Shown piece by piece: positions 37,701 through 52,009 of a DNA stretch of 64,000 nucleotides. The stretch is taken from positions 682,001-746,000 of the forward strand of contig NW_024704752.1 of the NCBI RefSeq assembly GCF_018977255.1. The letters are read 5' to 3'. The first letter of the stretch is position 1. Each line of letters starts with the position of its first letter. Under the pieces are notes generated by a model. It was not told where the DNA came from, made no database searches, and saw only the letters and a list, made by a program, of their open reading frames with translations. This stretch comes from Callorhinchus milii. Lineage: Eukaryota. Made by a program: the position numbers and the translations under genes.

Positions 37701-40683
37701 GGTGACAGGATTTATTTTGATGAAAATGGAGATCCAGTGGCCACGTACGACTTGTTAAACTGGGGAATCAATTCGAGAGGCGCTGCTGAAATTCGTGTCA
37801 TTGGCTTCTACGATGGCTCTGCTTCTCCTGGTCATGAACTCACTTTGGATGAGGAAGCTATTGTGTGGAGCAGTCGTCAAAAAATGGTATATATTTCTTA
37901 TTAGTTTAGATTAATACTGGTTTTAAAATAATATAATTTTAACAATGTTAAAAACAATTAATAGGCATCATGAAAGGCAGCCATTGTGAATACCAGAGCT
38001 CGAAGTCACCAGTAATCTTATTTTGTATCTCATGCATTTATTAAATTATTGTCGCTCATTTCTGAACTCTACGCAAAACAAATAGGATTGAAATTTCAAT
38101 ATTAAACAGCTGATAAAATGCTGATAAATGTGTCCAGAGTTCTCCTTTAGGCTTTGGAGTTCTTGGGCATGAAAAGGAATGGGCTTTTTTTCTAACTCAT
38201 TAACAAGCTCCAGGAGCAATTAATGAGTTGGACATGTGTTAAAACCTCCACATTATCAGCTGTCTCCACAAATATCTCTCCCCATTCCCGTGACGCTACA
38301 CTGACCTGCAAAGCAGGACCGAGAGGCAGAGGAATCTTCATGGTAGGCATCTCTTTCCAATGGCCCCTAACAGCAGTTACCACCATTAAGCAATGTAAGA
38401 AGATGTCCCGTGTGCGTCTTTTCTATTCCTTGTAATCAAGAACAGATCGAGTTGGGAGTACAGCTGCTGGGATTCCGGGTTGAGGAGCACATGGTTACAT
38501 GTCAAGGGCATTGTACCAGCTTCATTGGTATTGGGAGAGCCACGTTGCTCCTGAAGATGGGCATCTCAAAATGGTGGAAGTACTGCTCAATGTCAAGGTG
38601 TAGAAGCTGAAGGCATTTGTACATTTTAGGTTAGTTTTACCCTTCTGGTGATGTGTTGCTGTAATAGTAATCCTCATCGTGCAGCACCCGAGATGTTTCT
38701 GGAACCGTTATCCAATTAGCAATGTGCTCACGTCCGATGTCTAATGCCCAATGACTGATTTTACTGCCTGGAGAGAGTTAAATGGAGTGTACTTGAGTTT
38801 GAGTTGCGTCCAAGGCAACATTGCAGCCAATCGAAGATTGGAGTCGACTCTGTGTGGCTGTCCAGGTAGATCAGTGCGTGTCAGGCAATTACAAGGCACC
38901 AAGAGGAGAAAGTTACAGGAACCTTTAGCACTAGTTAACTTCCGGAACATTTGTTTTAAATACCTGTATCCTGGCACTATAGTATTCGACAGTGTTCATT
39001 TCTACACTTAGGTTCCACGTGCGGTTTGCAGTGAGAGCTGTGTACCTGGAACAAGAAAAGTTGCCAGAAAAGGCCAACCCGTGTGTTGCTTTGACTGCAC
39101 AGAATGTGCTGAGGGAGAAATCAGCAACATCACAGGTGAGTGTAAAATTCCTCTTCCTATTTGCAACAACCATTTGCCCTCCACACAGGGTAGCGTCTCA
39201 GAGCGCTTAACTGTGGCGGAGCCTGACTCTGAGCCGGGGGGAGGGCGGAGATAGCTATCAGCACTGGCGAACACGAAAGAGGGGAGAGAGGGGGTGAGGT
39301 GGAAGGATTGAGAAAGAGTGTTCCAGAGTTTAGGGGAGTAGTAGCTGAAAGCACAACATCCAATGGTGGGGCAGTGGGTGTGGGGGATGAGCAGGAGGCT
39401 GGTGCCAGTCGATTGGGCAGTGAGGGGGTCGGAAATGTAGGGAATTGCCAGGGAGTGAATGGATATGAACACGAGAGTGAGATCTTGACGTTGATCCTTT
39501 CGGTGATGGGGAGCCAGTGGAGCCTGGGGCAGAACTGGTGAGATGTGGAGATTGGTCCGGCTCCGTATGCGGGCGGCAGAGTTTTGAATCAGCTGATCTT
39601 GTGAATGGTGGAGCTGGGGAGACAGGAGAAGTGTTTTGGAGCAATCCAACCTGGAAGTGACAAACACGTGCACGAGGATTTTGGCTGCATTTCGGTAAGG
39701 TACTGTCTACACTATTTGAACAAACCTCTTTAGCAATGTTCATGCGAAACTTAATTATTGTACGTTTCCCAGATTCCACAGACTGCATCAAATGCCCTGA
39801 ACAATATTGGCCCAATCAGCAGAGAGATCGTTGCCTACCAAAGGAAATAGAGTTCCTCTCCTTTACCGAAATGCTGGGAGGTGTATTGCTGACATTGGCT
39901 CTGGTGGGAGTGAGCACCACAATAAGTATTACCATTGTCTTCTTCACACACAGAGACACTCCTATTGTTAAAACCAACAATTCTGAGCTCAGCTATCTGC
40001 TTCTCTTTGCATTAACGCTGTGTTTTCTGTGCTCAGTGACTTTCATTGGCGAGCCCTCAGTCTGGGCTTGCATGTTGTGCCACACAGCATTCGCTATCGC
40101 TTTCGTTCTCTGTATTTCCTGTATTTTGATTAAAACAATCCTTGTGATTCTGGCGTTTAAGGCAACTCTTCCAAACAACAACATGGCCAAATTGTTCGGG
40201 CCTGCTCAGCAGCGTTGGAGTGTATTCCTCCTTACCTCTGTTCAGTGCCTGATATGTACTCTCTGGTTAACTATATCACACCCATTTCCCATGAGAAACA
40301 CAGAATATTACAGAGAGATTATCATTCTGGAATGTGACCTGGGCTCTGTGAGCGCCTTTTATTCTATGGCGGGATATATTGCTTTCCTGGCCGGAGTGAG
40401 CTTTGTGCTGGCGTTTCTAGCTCGGAAATTACCTGATAACTTTAATGAGGCTCAATGTATAACCTTTAGCATGCTCATCTTTTGTGCTGTTTGGATCACT
40501 TTTATACCAGTTTACATTAGCTCTCCTGGGAAATACACCATTGCTGTCGAAGTCTTTGCTATTTTAGCCTCGAGTTGTGGGTTATTGTTTTGTATTTTTG
40601 TTCCTAAATGTTACATTATTTTGATAAAACCTGAAATGAATACTAAAAAACACTTGATGGGCAAAGTACCTGCAAATAAATAA
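34799..40683 (+). pseudogene. V2R/OlfC copy C5: full six-exon structure with two 1-bp deletions (young pseudogene or sequencing errors)
   Basis: Exons 34799-35004, 35959-36249 (291 instead of 292), 36612-37441 (830 instead of 831), 37659-37886, 39012-39135, 39773-40683. Frameshifts at ~36023 (cag a-c cca) and ~37078 (ggcctt-caatt). Splice sites are intact. Confidence 0.75.
39162..39690 (-). mobile_element. L2-clade remnant in C5 intron 5
   Basis: [35 protein letters not shown] on the minus strand. Confidence 0.75.
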
Positions 40684-41014
40684 GCACTGCACACTGATCG
40701 TGTGTAACAGAATGTAAACATATCATGTCTTCATTAAATGCAAAAAAGAAAATAACTGAGTTGAATATCACATATATTTAATATTTCATATGTATAATAG
40801 GATTATGCTTGTTAGCATTTTCACATAATCAGTAATAGAATCCCTAATCTGTCACAATTAATGTGCTTTCCAGGTAAAAGTAATGTATTTGAGTCCAGGG
40901 CTATTGCTGTGGAGTGCATAGAATGGGCAAAACGACAGTTGTCTATTGTGTAAGTTTTGCTGTTTTGTTTGACTATTGTCGGCCAAAGTCTATGGGAGTG
41001 ATTTCAACACAGTC

Positions 41015-41935
41015 AACAACGACCTGCATTTATATAGGGCCCTTCATGCGGGTTAGTGTCCCAGTGCGCTTGACAGTGGCGGAGTCTAACAATGAGCATT
41101 TCTGCTGTGTTGTTTGTTAGGTAATGGATGGAAGTGGGCAATGTGGCGGAACTGGAATAAAGTGGTCCTGGTTAGCGATCGGATGTGTGGTAGAAAGCGA
41201 AGCTGGGGATCGCACCTGATGCCTGCATTGCCCACAAGTTCACAGAGGTTGAGGAGTTCGAACAGGCAGGGGAGAAGATGTTCATGGGAGCTAAACAGTT
41301 TGGTTTCCGTCTTGCTGACATTCAGGTGCAAAAAATTTGTGCTCCTCCAGGCCTTGATGGCCATCAAACAAACTGACAGGTCATCAGTGGACTGGGAAAC
41401 GCAGCTGGAGAAGTAGATTTGTGTGTCATCTGCATACATGTGGAAGTTGACCCCGCGTCTGCAAATGACATCTCCGAGAGGGAGCATGTAGATGAGGAAA
41501 GGAACGGGGCCAAGTGTGTAACCATGGGGCACCCTGCAGGTGACCAGGTGGGGGCGTGAGGGAAAACCATTGGCCAAGATGAAGTGCTCACAGTTGTTTA
41601 AGTAGGACTTGAACCATGCGAGTGCAGTTCCACGAAGGTGGATGGGGGAGGAGAGGCAGTGGAGGAGGATGGTGCGGTTGACTGTGTTGAACACAATGGA
41701 GAGGTCCAGCAGGATGAGGAGGCTGAGAGGGCCGTGGTTACACAGAGAGAGGACATCATTTGTTACTTTGACAAGCGCTGTCTCTGTGCTGTGGGCTGGA
41801 AACTGAACTGGAGGGGTTCGAGTAGCGTTTGGATGGTGAGGTGAGAGCGAAGTTGGTTTGCAACAATGCGCTCCAGGGCTTTGGTCAGGAAAGGCAGGTT
41901 TGAAATGGGACGGGTAGTGCAGGATGCTGAAGGGA
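41015..41935 (-). mobile_element. Degenerate L2-clade LINE (duplicate of 14100-16260 with an internal deletion)
   Basis: ORF 41086-41694 contains GTALAWFKSYL..FHMYADDTQIY..LNVSKTE. Confidence 0.8.
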
Positions 41936-43044
41936 TCGTGATATATCAGTGATGATTCGTTTGTAAACCTTATTGGCCATTAGCCACTTTGGAGGACTGG
42001 AAACACTCTGATGCACTCAATTTTTTTTGATTTTTTTTGACAAGATTCTTACTTTAATGATTTTGAGGAAAACATTAGCAGCAAAATGAAGGATGTGACA
42101 GCTGAGTCTGTTCGTTCTTATATTGAATTTCAATTTATAGAAATTGACAATCGCTTCTTCGGAACACAATCTGATTTTCTCTGACCTCCAGCAATGGTGC
42201 ACATTGACTGTTGCAAGGCTAAAGTTCATCACCAATATTCGTAACGGTATTAAATGTTCAAGGTTACCAGTGGATGGTTGCATGTCTCATGTAATTACCT
42301 TTCTTCTGTGACTACCAGGTATATACAGATAAAGGATTGTTGATCAATTCGAAGACTTCACTTATTCTTGCTCTTAATGGTCCCTCTGAGCGCAGTCATA
42401 ACACAATTATTATACGAGTATAAGTCTTGCTGGACTGAAGGAGATTGATGGAGCTTGAGGTCCATCCAGTTCAGCTTCTGCACCCTGGCAGTCACAAGCG
42501 CATGCCATGGCCCAAACTATACACTGTGTGTACATTTGAACAAGGTTTTTCCGTTTTGATTTGATCTTTTGTAGAATTGGAATTGAAGGTTTGCAACCAT
42601 GATCAGTTTGTGCAACTGATCTAATAATACTAGTGACGGTAACTCATCCTTGCATTTGATATCTGCCCTTTCACTTCAGGAGGACGGTGGAAGCTCTTCA
42701 CGACATTTTACTTTGAAGAGCAGCTCTGAGTGTTTTGTAGCAAATGTCTCATGTCTGGGAGTGCTTTGCGGAAATATATGTTTAACGTTATAGGATTGCG
42801 CATTGCACTAATCCTTGTGTAAAATAAACTAACCTTTGCCTTTGAGCTTTCGACTATTTCACATTTTCATGATGCTAATGCAGAACAACAACAACAACAA
42901 AATGACATTTGTTAAAGTACCTTTCATGTCGGGAGGACATCCCAAGGCACTGAACAGACAGAGTTTCGGACCTGAGCTGGGGGTTGGGGTCAGGGTGGTT
43001 TGACGGAAGTGGGGCAAGCAGGGAGATCGAAAGCACGGTCAAAA

Positions 43045-45155
43045 AGAACATAAGAACATAAGAATTAGGAGAAGCAGTAGGCCATTCGGCCCCTCGAGCC
43101 TGCCCTGCCATTTAATACGATCATGGCTGATCTATTCTAACTCCACCTACCCGCCTTATCCCCATATCCCTTAATCCCTTTATCTACAAGAAATCTATCA
43201 ATCTCAGTCTTGATTATATTCAAGGACTGAGCATCTACAACCATTTGGAGTTGGGAATTCCATAAATTCGCTACCCTCTGAGTGAAGAAGTTTTTCCTCA
43301 ACTCAGTGTGAAATTTTAAGACTGTGACCCCTGGCTATAGATTCTCCAACCAAGCGAACACGTCTCCCACTATCTATTCTGTCGTGCCCCTTAATAATCT
43401 TATAGGTTTCCATAAGATCACCTCTCATTCTTCTATATTCGAGAAAATATAGGCTTAAATTGTTCAACCTATCCTCATAACTCATCCTCCTCATCCCAGG
43501 TACCAACCTAGTGAATCTACGTTGTACTCCCTCCAAGGCGAGTACATCCTTTCTTAAATAAGGAGACCAAAACTGCACACAGTACTCTAGATGCGGCCTC
43601 ACCAGGGCCCTATACAGTGCAGCAAGACTTCCCTACTCTTATATTCTAACCCTTTTTGTAACAAATGCCAACATACCGTTAGCTTTCCTAATTGCTTGCT
43701 GTATCTGCAAACTAACTTTTGTGACTGAAGTACAAGGACACCCAAGTCCCTCTGATCTCTAACACTATTTAGTTTCTGCCCTTCTAAAAAATAATCTGCT
43801 CTACTGTTTCTGCCACCTTGGTGGATGACCTCAAACTTCCCTACATTATACTTCATCTGCCACGTATTTGCCCACTCACCTTGTCTATCTACATATCGTT
43901 GCATTTTTTTAATGTCATCCTCGGTGTTTACTCTCCCGCGAATTTGGATATTTTGAGTTTGATGTGCTCATCTAGATCGTTGATGTAGATTGCAAATAGT
44001 GGAGGCCCAAGCACTGATCCTTGTGGCACTTCTCAAGTCACATCCCGCCAATCTGAGAAGGACCTGTTTATCCCTACTCTTTGTTTTCTTCCCATTAGCC
44101 ATTCTTCAATCCATGCTAATATATTCCCCTTAATTCCATGGGCCCTAATCTTGAGGATCAACCTTTTATGCAGAAACTTATCAAATGTCTTTTGGAAATC
44201 AAAATACACTACAACCACTGATTCCCCCATATCTAATCCACTTGATATCTCCTCAAAAAAATCTAAAAGATTTGTTAAGCATGACTTCCCTTTTGTGAAG
44301 CCATGTTGACTCTGTCTAATCATATTGTGGTCCTCTAAGTATCCCACTATGACATCCTAAATTAAGGGTTCTAGAATTTTCCCTACCACCGATGTCAGAC
44401 TAACTGGTCTATAGTTCCCCATCTTTTCTCTCCCACACTTCTTAAATAGTGGTGTGACGTTTGCGATCTTCCAATCAATGGGAACCGTTCCAGAATCCAA
44501 CAAATTTTGGAAGATCAGACACAAGGCCTCCACTATCTCATGAGCTTCCTCTTTTAAAACCCTCGGATGCAAACCATCAGGTCCAGGGGACTCGTCACTT
44601 TTTAATGCCAACAATTTCCCGAGCACCAATTCTTTGCTAATGTAAATTTCCCTAAGTTGCTCCTTGGTTCATCTCTATTTCTGGTAAACTTCTTGTGTCT
44701 TCTAACGTGAAGACAGAAGCAAAGTATTTATTTAGGGACTCTGCCATATCCTTATATCCCATTATTATTCCTCCTGTGTCTGCCTGTAATGGACCCACAT
44801 TTACTTTTGCAAGCCTATTCCTCTGAATGTATTTATAAAAACTCTTACAATCTGCCTTAATGTCCCTCGCTAGCTTGCCCTCATAATCCATTTTCTCAAT
44901 CTTAATGAGCTTTTTGGTTTTCTTTTGTTTGTCCCTAAAACACTCCCAGTCCTCAGTTTGCTACTCTTTTGGCAGTTTTATAGTCCTTTTCTTTTAGTTT
45001 AATACTTTCTCTAATAGCTCTAGTTAGCCACGGATGAACTGCTTTCCCTGTGAGGGAATATGTGACCGCTGCAAATTTTGCACTCCATCTTTAAACGTTT
45101 GCCACTGTTGGCCTATTGTCATATCCATTAATCTAATTCCCCAGTCTATTTTAGC
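43045..45155 (-). mobile_element. CR1 LINE ORF2 remnant (segmental duplicate of 17130-19240)
   Basis: QHGFTKGKSCLTNLL, WKIANVTPLFKK..NYRPVSLTSVVGK, RPHLEYCVQFWSPY. Same junctions as the first copy. Confidence 0.9.
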
Positions 45156-45156
45156 T

Positions 45157-45640
45157 AAAAGGAGGGTCTTGAGATGAGTCCTGAAGGTGGCGATGAGGGG
45201 GCGAAGCGGCGGGACTGTGGGATGGAGTACCAGAGGGTGGAGCTGGACAAGGATGGTGGTGATAGGGTTGTGAAGTTTACTGTGGGCGAGGACACAGGCT
45301 GCAGAGTTCTGGATGATATGCAGCCAACAGTGGGAGGTGTTGGGGAAGCCAACAAGCAGTGATTTTGCACAGTCGAGCTTTGATGTAATGAAAGCGTGTA
45401 TCAGGGTTTCAGTGGCCTGCGGTGTGAGACAGTGGCTGAGCCGGGCAATGTTGTGGTGGTGCGGGACGGCAGAGAGGGTCACGGCACAGATGAGGGGCAG
45501 AAAGGACAGTTAAACAAGATGCTAAGGTCCCGGAGTGGCTTCTCAAGGTGGGATGTGCAACCATGGATGGAGATGCTGTCAGCGCCTGAGGTGAGGGGGC
45601 GCTAATGGGATCCAATCAGGAGAGCTCGGTCTTGTTGTCG
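45157..45640 (-). mobile_element. L2-clade remnant (duplicate of 19240-19940)
   Basis: Same sequence with an internal deletion of about 210 bp. Confidence 0.8.
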
Positions 45641-45859
45641 ATAAGGCATAGAGAAACTTCGTTCATATTAATTAGTTGGTTGCTCATGTCACATATCTTA
45701 TTTAACAAGAGTATTGCTTATCATAACTGTCTACGGTGCTGTTAGTTGGTGCCAAACAAGACGATAGCCACACATTAGGGATTTCACCGTATTAAAGGCA
45801 GAAGTGTGCAGGTGGAATATGTTTGAAAGCCCCAATCATGGCTACAGGAGCTGAGGGAT

Positions 45860-46074
45860 TAGTTACTGTTTCCATACTCAGGTCCGTTATTGCCCCTGGG
45901 ATTCTCTTTACACTATATATATACACTTTATATTTGGGATCAGAAAGGGAGCTAATCCCACAAGTGGTTACTGTTTGATACACTATATATACAAACAGAT
46001 TCAGCCCCACGTACAATATACAGCACAGTTTCATGCTGACAAGGGATCAGCAGCGGTTACCGAGAAGCTCTGTG
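45860..46074 (+). promoter_or_regulatory. Putative proximal promoter of A6
   Basis: Copy of the A3 promoter. GCCCCTGGGA at 45892-45901. Confidence 0.55.
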
Positions 46075-49000
46075 ATGTTCAGCCCATATGTGTGGCTGCT
46101 CATTGCTTGTTGTGTTTGGGGATCCCAGGGAAAGCATTGCAGGCTCCAAGGCAAGTTCAATCTATCGGAAATATCCAAAGATGGCGATATCGTTCTAGGA
46201 GGTATCTTTGATGTACACGTTGATCGCTTTGAACAAATGAATACGTTCATTACTGCTCCAGAAGAAACAAAATGCAAAAGGTGAGCTCAGTAATGTTAGG
46301 GACCATCGTATGATCAGAATTTAATAATAATAATGATCCTTGCATTTGATACAGCGCCTTATCACATCTTCGAGACGTCTCAAAGCGGTTCACAAGATAC
46401 ACTGTAAAGTGAATTGATAGCAGCGTCCCACAAACAGTCATGGATTGAAATGACCAAATTATTATCATTACTATTTTTGAAGGAAATCTTACTCCCAGAA
46501 AAGCGATCTGCCAATCGACTGATGACCAGTTTCCTATTTAGTGCTGGTAAACAGAGGAGTGTGGGGTAAGGAAACTTGCCCAACGTTTTGCCCTGCTCGC
46601 GAGTTCAACCAACGTCACTCGCTTGCAAGTCAAGTGCTCTAACTACTGAGCTGCAAGACTACAATTACAGCATTAATGTAAGTGGAGGTGATTAATCCTC
46701 CCAGGTCTATTTTAGTGAAAGTTATATATTTAATAATGTTGAACCCCATTCGCTTGTGAGTGATTTATTATTCCAAATAATTCTGAAGTGTTCAACACCA
46801 TTTGTTGGCTTTAAAATAACACATTTATTCAGACTGCAAGCCAAAATAAGATTCAGCAAAGAATTACATGGACAGTTTTCCGTTTCCTATTTTCGTAAAA
46901 ATTCACTGTCCTGATAGGCTTATTATCATGTTCTTATCAACTAAAACAAAAACTTGCATTACCAAGAAGCTCTGTGATGTATAGGCTCTATGTGGTGCTG
47001 CTCAGTGCCTGTTGTGTGTGGGAGTAACAGGGAAAGGATTTGAGGCTGGAACGGAAATTCAATCTATCCGAAATATCCATATTTCCGGCAGGGCAGTGTC
47101 TTGAAGAGCTTAACGGTGACTTAGTGTGAGCCCTTTTGCTTGGGAGATGAGTTATTAAACCAAGACCTTGTCTGCTTGCTGAAGTGGGCATGAAAGATTT
47201 GCTGGGATTTTTGTAAAAGAGAAATGCTTTCAGATCTTCTTTATGTCACAGGCGCTATCACAAACATTAGGTTTATTATTGCCGTCATGGAATGCATTTG
47301 GCCCAATGAAAAGTAACATTACTTACGTTTGCAACAGCGCCTTTCACCTCGAGAGGACATCTCAAGGTGCATCACTGGGTTTTCTATGCAATGCAGTGAT
47401 TGTGGTCTCAAAGGCCCATTCTATTCAAAAAGCACCTTATTGAAGCTGTCATTCAATGTACAGGACTCTGATATAACTGCAACATTAATGGTGGATTTCT
47501 TGTGCAGTTTCGATTTTAGAGCCTTCCGTCTGGTCAATACGATGATGTTTGCAATAGAGGAAATAAACCAGAACCCGGCACTGCTTCCTGATATTACTCT
47601 GGGATATAAGATTTATGATGACTGCGGATCTTCCAATATTGCCACTAAAGTAGCACTGAGCCTTGTGAACGGTCAAGGAGCAACAGAGGATGACCATAAC
47701 TGTGAAGAGCCTCCTAATGTCCCAGCTCTTGTTGGTGTTGCTGGATCCTCAGACTCCATAGCTGTTGCAAGGTCAATTGGTCCATTCAGAATCCCAATGG
47801 TACGTTATCATATTCATATTGGTGCAAAGTCAGTTACTCTCTGAACAGAAAATAAATATTTAACATTTCACAAACATTTCAATCTAAAACCAATACAAGT
47901 ATTGTGGATTAAATATACAATGATGTATTCACGTCTGTTATATGTTAAACATTGTAGTAATAAATGGACATTGTCCTATTCTTCTAAATTTATCTTACAT
48001 ATTGTTGCATCTCTAACACTCCACACCTCCCCTCCCTCCAAAAACAATGACAGCGTCTTACTTAAGGACGCCTTAGTTGATGATTAACTATACTGGAATG
48101 CTTGAGATTGGAAACTGTAATACTCATCAAACGTGTGTAAAACAAAAATGTTTTTATTCAGATCCTAACTGTTTTCTGTCTAAATCTCTGATCAATGGCA
48201 GGTCAGTTACTTCTCCACCTGCGTCTGTCTCAGTGACAGGAACGAATATCCCACGTTTTACAGAACCATACCCAGTGACTACCATCAGTCCAAGGCTTTA
48301 GCTCAAATCATTAAGAAGTTTGGATGGACGTGGATTGGGACTATCAGAAGCAACAATGACTATGGTAACTTTGGAATGCAGGCATTTGTAGACATTGCGC
48401 AGGAACTTGGCATTTGCATTGCCTTCTCGGAATCATTTTATAGAACAGATCCATTTGAAAAGTTAAAAATAATTGTAAATATAATTAAGTTATCGACCAC
48501 AAAAGTTGTGGTGGCTTTTGCTGCCCACACCGAAATGCAATTATTACTCAAAGAAGTAATACGACAAAACCTCACTGGAATACAGTGGGTGGGAACTGAA
48601 GCCTGGATAACAGCCCAACTTATTGCCCCAAATGAAAATGCGAGATTTCTTATTGGAGCAATTGGCCCAGCGATTCCTTCAGCAGAAGTAAAGGGATTGC
48701 AGGAATTCCTTCTGAAAATTCATCCGTCTAAGTTTCCCGGAAATAGTTTAGTTCAGGAGTTTTGGGAAACTGCGTTCCAATGTAGTTTCTGGTCAGGAAA
48801 CACAAGCCAAACAAACACAACATCCACATTGCAGCAATGCACCGGCAAAGAAGATGTAACAGAAATACACAATGGATATTCTGATGTAACTATGGATGGA
48901 ATTTCCTACAACGTATACAAAGCGGTGTACGCTTTAGCTCATGCACTTCACAATCTGCTTTTGTGTGAGAGAGGAAAAGGACCATTTATGAACAACACCT

Positions 49001-51388
49001 GTGCACACACATCAAATTTTCAGCCATGGCAGGTAAGGAAACATTCGTACATAAAACATATCTGTATTGGTAACCAATGCTCTGTGTATTTTTTGAAATA
49101 TGTCAACCTACTGACGATTGTTGTTACTAACCATCTCATAGAATAAACATTATCGTTCATGTAATGTGACGTTATGATTCCTCAATGCTGCCTTACATTT
49201 GATCATATTCTTTGATATTGTTGTACAGATTCTCCATTACCTACAGTCAGTAAATTTTACATCTAAATCCGGTGACAGAATTTATTTTGATGAAAACGGT
49301 GACCCTGTGGCCAAGTATGACTTGATAAACTGGCAAAAGAATTTGAAAGGCGTTGCTGAAACTCGTGTAATTGGCTTCTACGATGGTTCCGCATCTCCAA
49401 GCCGGGAGCTTACGGTGAATGAGGAGGCTATCGTGTGGAGCAATGGTCAAACTGAGGTAGTTTTCTATTTGCTTTAGAAAGAAACTTGAATTTCAATTGC
49501 CATGAAGGAGAATGTCAAAGAAGACTTAAGTAGGAACTTGGTTGTTAGTCGATCGGTGGGTCACTCTGGGGGTAATAATTATAATAATTTGGACACTCAA
49601 TCCACGACTGTTCGGAGGGCTCTGCTCAATTGGCTGCTGCATTTTGCCCAGAGAATATACAGTTATTTCACTTTGCAATGTATCCTGTGAAGCACTTTGA
49701 GGCGTCTCACAGATGTGATAAGGCGCTGTATGAAACGCAAGGATTATTATAAGAACTTAAGAGATAGTAGCAGGAGTAGGCCATTCGGCCCCTCGAGCCT
49801 GCCCCGCCATTTAATAAGATCATGGCTGATCTTCTAACCTAATTCGATTTACCCGCCTAATCCACATATCCCTTAATCCCTTTAGTTTATAAAAATATAT
49901 AATCTGATTCTTGATTATCTAATTTTATGTTCATAAACATTGAAGCAGATTGCATTTGTATTGTTCCCTTCACATACAATAGCGACTTCGATTGCTTTAC
50001 AGTAGAGGCCCTGAGTTGAGGGAATGAGAGAGTGGGAAGGTTACTGTCGGTGTGGTAGGTTCTGACATTCAAATTGAAGACCGAGCGATAGTATGTATTT
50101 GAGGTACTGAGGGAGAGTTTCAGGGTTGAGGTGTAGAATTAAACAGCTTTGGGACAACACTTATTTCTAATCAGTTCATTTGTGTTGTTTAGAAAAAATG
50201 CATTGACTGAAACCATTACTGATTACTTCATCTGCATCATTTTATTTGACAAGTTTTATTTTTATTTTGAGATTCCACGTGCGGTTTGCAGTGAGAGCTG
50301 TATTTCTGGAACAAGAAAAGTTGCCAGAAAAGGCCAACCCGTGTGTTGCTTTGACTGTACAGAATGTGCAGAGGGAGAAATCAGCAACATCACAGGTGTG
50401 TTCATACCTGTCTACACTATTTGAACAAACCTCTTTAGCAATGTTCATGCGAAAGTTAATTATCGTACCTTTCCCAGATTCCACAGACTGCATTAAATGC
50501 CCTGAACAATATTGGCCCAATCAGCAGAGAGATCGTTGCCTACCAAAGGAAATAGAGTTCCTCTCCTTTACCGAAATGCTGGGAGGTGTATTGCTGACAT
50601 TGGCTCTGGTGGGAGTGAGCACCACAATAAGTATTGCCATTGTCTTCTTCACACACAGAGACACTCCTATTGTTAAAGCCAACAATTCTGAGCTCAGCTA
50701 TCTGCTTCTCTTTGCATTAACGCTGTGTTTTCTGTGCTCAGTGACTTTCATTGGCGAGCCCTCAGTCTGGGCTTGCATGTTGTGCCACACAGCATTCGCT
50801 ATCGCTTTCGTTCTCTGTATTTCCTGTATTTTGATTAAAACAATCCTTGTGATTCTGGCGTTTAAGGCAACTCTTCCAAACAACAACATGGCCAAATTGT
50901 TCGGGCCTGCTCAGCAGCGTTGGAGTGTATTCCTCCTTACCTCTGTTCAGTGCCTGATATGTACTCTCTGGTTAACTATATCACACCCATTTCCCATGAG
51001 AAACACAGAATATTACAGAGAGATTATCATTCTGGAATGTGACCTGGGCTCTGTGAGCGCCTTTTATTCTATGGCGGGATATATTGCTTTCCTGGCCGGA
51101 GTGAGCTTTGTGTTGGCGTTTCTAGCTCGGAAATTACCTGATAACTTTAATGAGGCTCAATGTATAACCTTTAGCATGCTCATCTTTTGTGCTGTTTGGA
51201 TCACTTTTATACCAGTTTACATCAGCTCTCCTGGGAAATACACCGTTGCTGTCGAAGTCTTTGCTATTTTAGCCTCGAGTTTTGGGTTATTGTTTTGTAT
51301 TTTTGTTCCTAAATGTTACATTATTTTGATAAAGCCTGAAATTAATACTAAAAAACACTTGATGGGCAAAGTACCTGCAAATAAATAA
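46075..51388 (+). CDS. V2R/OlfC-type class C GPCR, type A, copy A6 (complete, about 863 aa)
   Basis: Exons 46075-46280, 47508-47799, 48202-49032, 49229-49456, 50272-50395, 50478-51388. GT-AG introns and an open frame. Confidence 0.93.
46322..46662 (-). mobile_element. tRNA-derived DeuSINE-like element in A6 intron 1
   Basis: Paralogous to 20615-21000 with a small internal deletion. Confidence 0.75.
46977..47078 (+). pseudogene. Relic duplicate of V2R exon 1 inside intron 1 of A6
   Basis: Near-identical to 21313-21414, with the same in-frame TAA. Confidence 0.85.
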
Positions 51389-52009
51389 GCACTGCCCATT
51401 ACAGGTGTATGATCATGTGCAGCAGAATGTAAACATATCATGTCTTCATTAAAGTCAAAATGAAAATAACCATGTAAATTCTTTCATATATATACACTCG
51501 TATACGGTATTGTTCATGGTAGGATTTCCAACATAAAATAACTGGAGTTTGATCACAAGACATTTAATGTTACATTCGAGCCAACACTTTGAGGTGAGAC
51601 ACCGACAGATTTACAACTTGTGCAATATGCGCACATTGGCAGGATGCTCCTCAATGACAGAGCAAATGTCCACGTGTGCATTACATACCAGTGTGTGTGT
51701 GCATTGCATACACTGTGTTAGACAGCATTGCCTTCCCCGTTTGGTATCCGGAGACCACTCACATATGTTCACACCGTTTGGAGACACAATTATATTCCAT
51801 GTATAGCGTCTCCCAATTACACCCGAAAAAAGGAAGCAATACCCACAATGCAATGCATAACAACGCCCCTTATGACGGGGGTAGTTTTTGCAGCTCCATT
51901 GTGGGGGTGGGGTGGGATGGGGGGCGCTTTACCCAGGCGTCCCAATTCTGGGGTTTCACTGCTTTTATCTACAAGGCATGTCCACACTCCACCACTCTTT
52001 TTTTAGCTC

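Larger units (their letters stand above)
40684..46074. repeat. Intergenic segmental duplicate, copy 2
   Basis: Colinear with 13768-20368. Confidence 0.9.

Noticed and set aside
50246-51388. 380-aa ORF as a stand-alone single-exon 7TM gene
   Set aside because: The N-terminal part is exon 5 in the wrong frame plus the 82-bp intron, open by chance. The 270-aa and 315-aa ORFs are likewise just exon 6.
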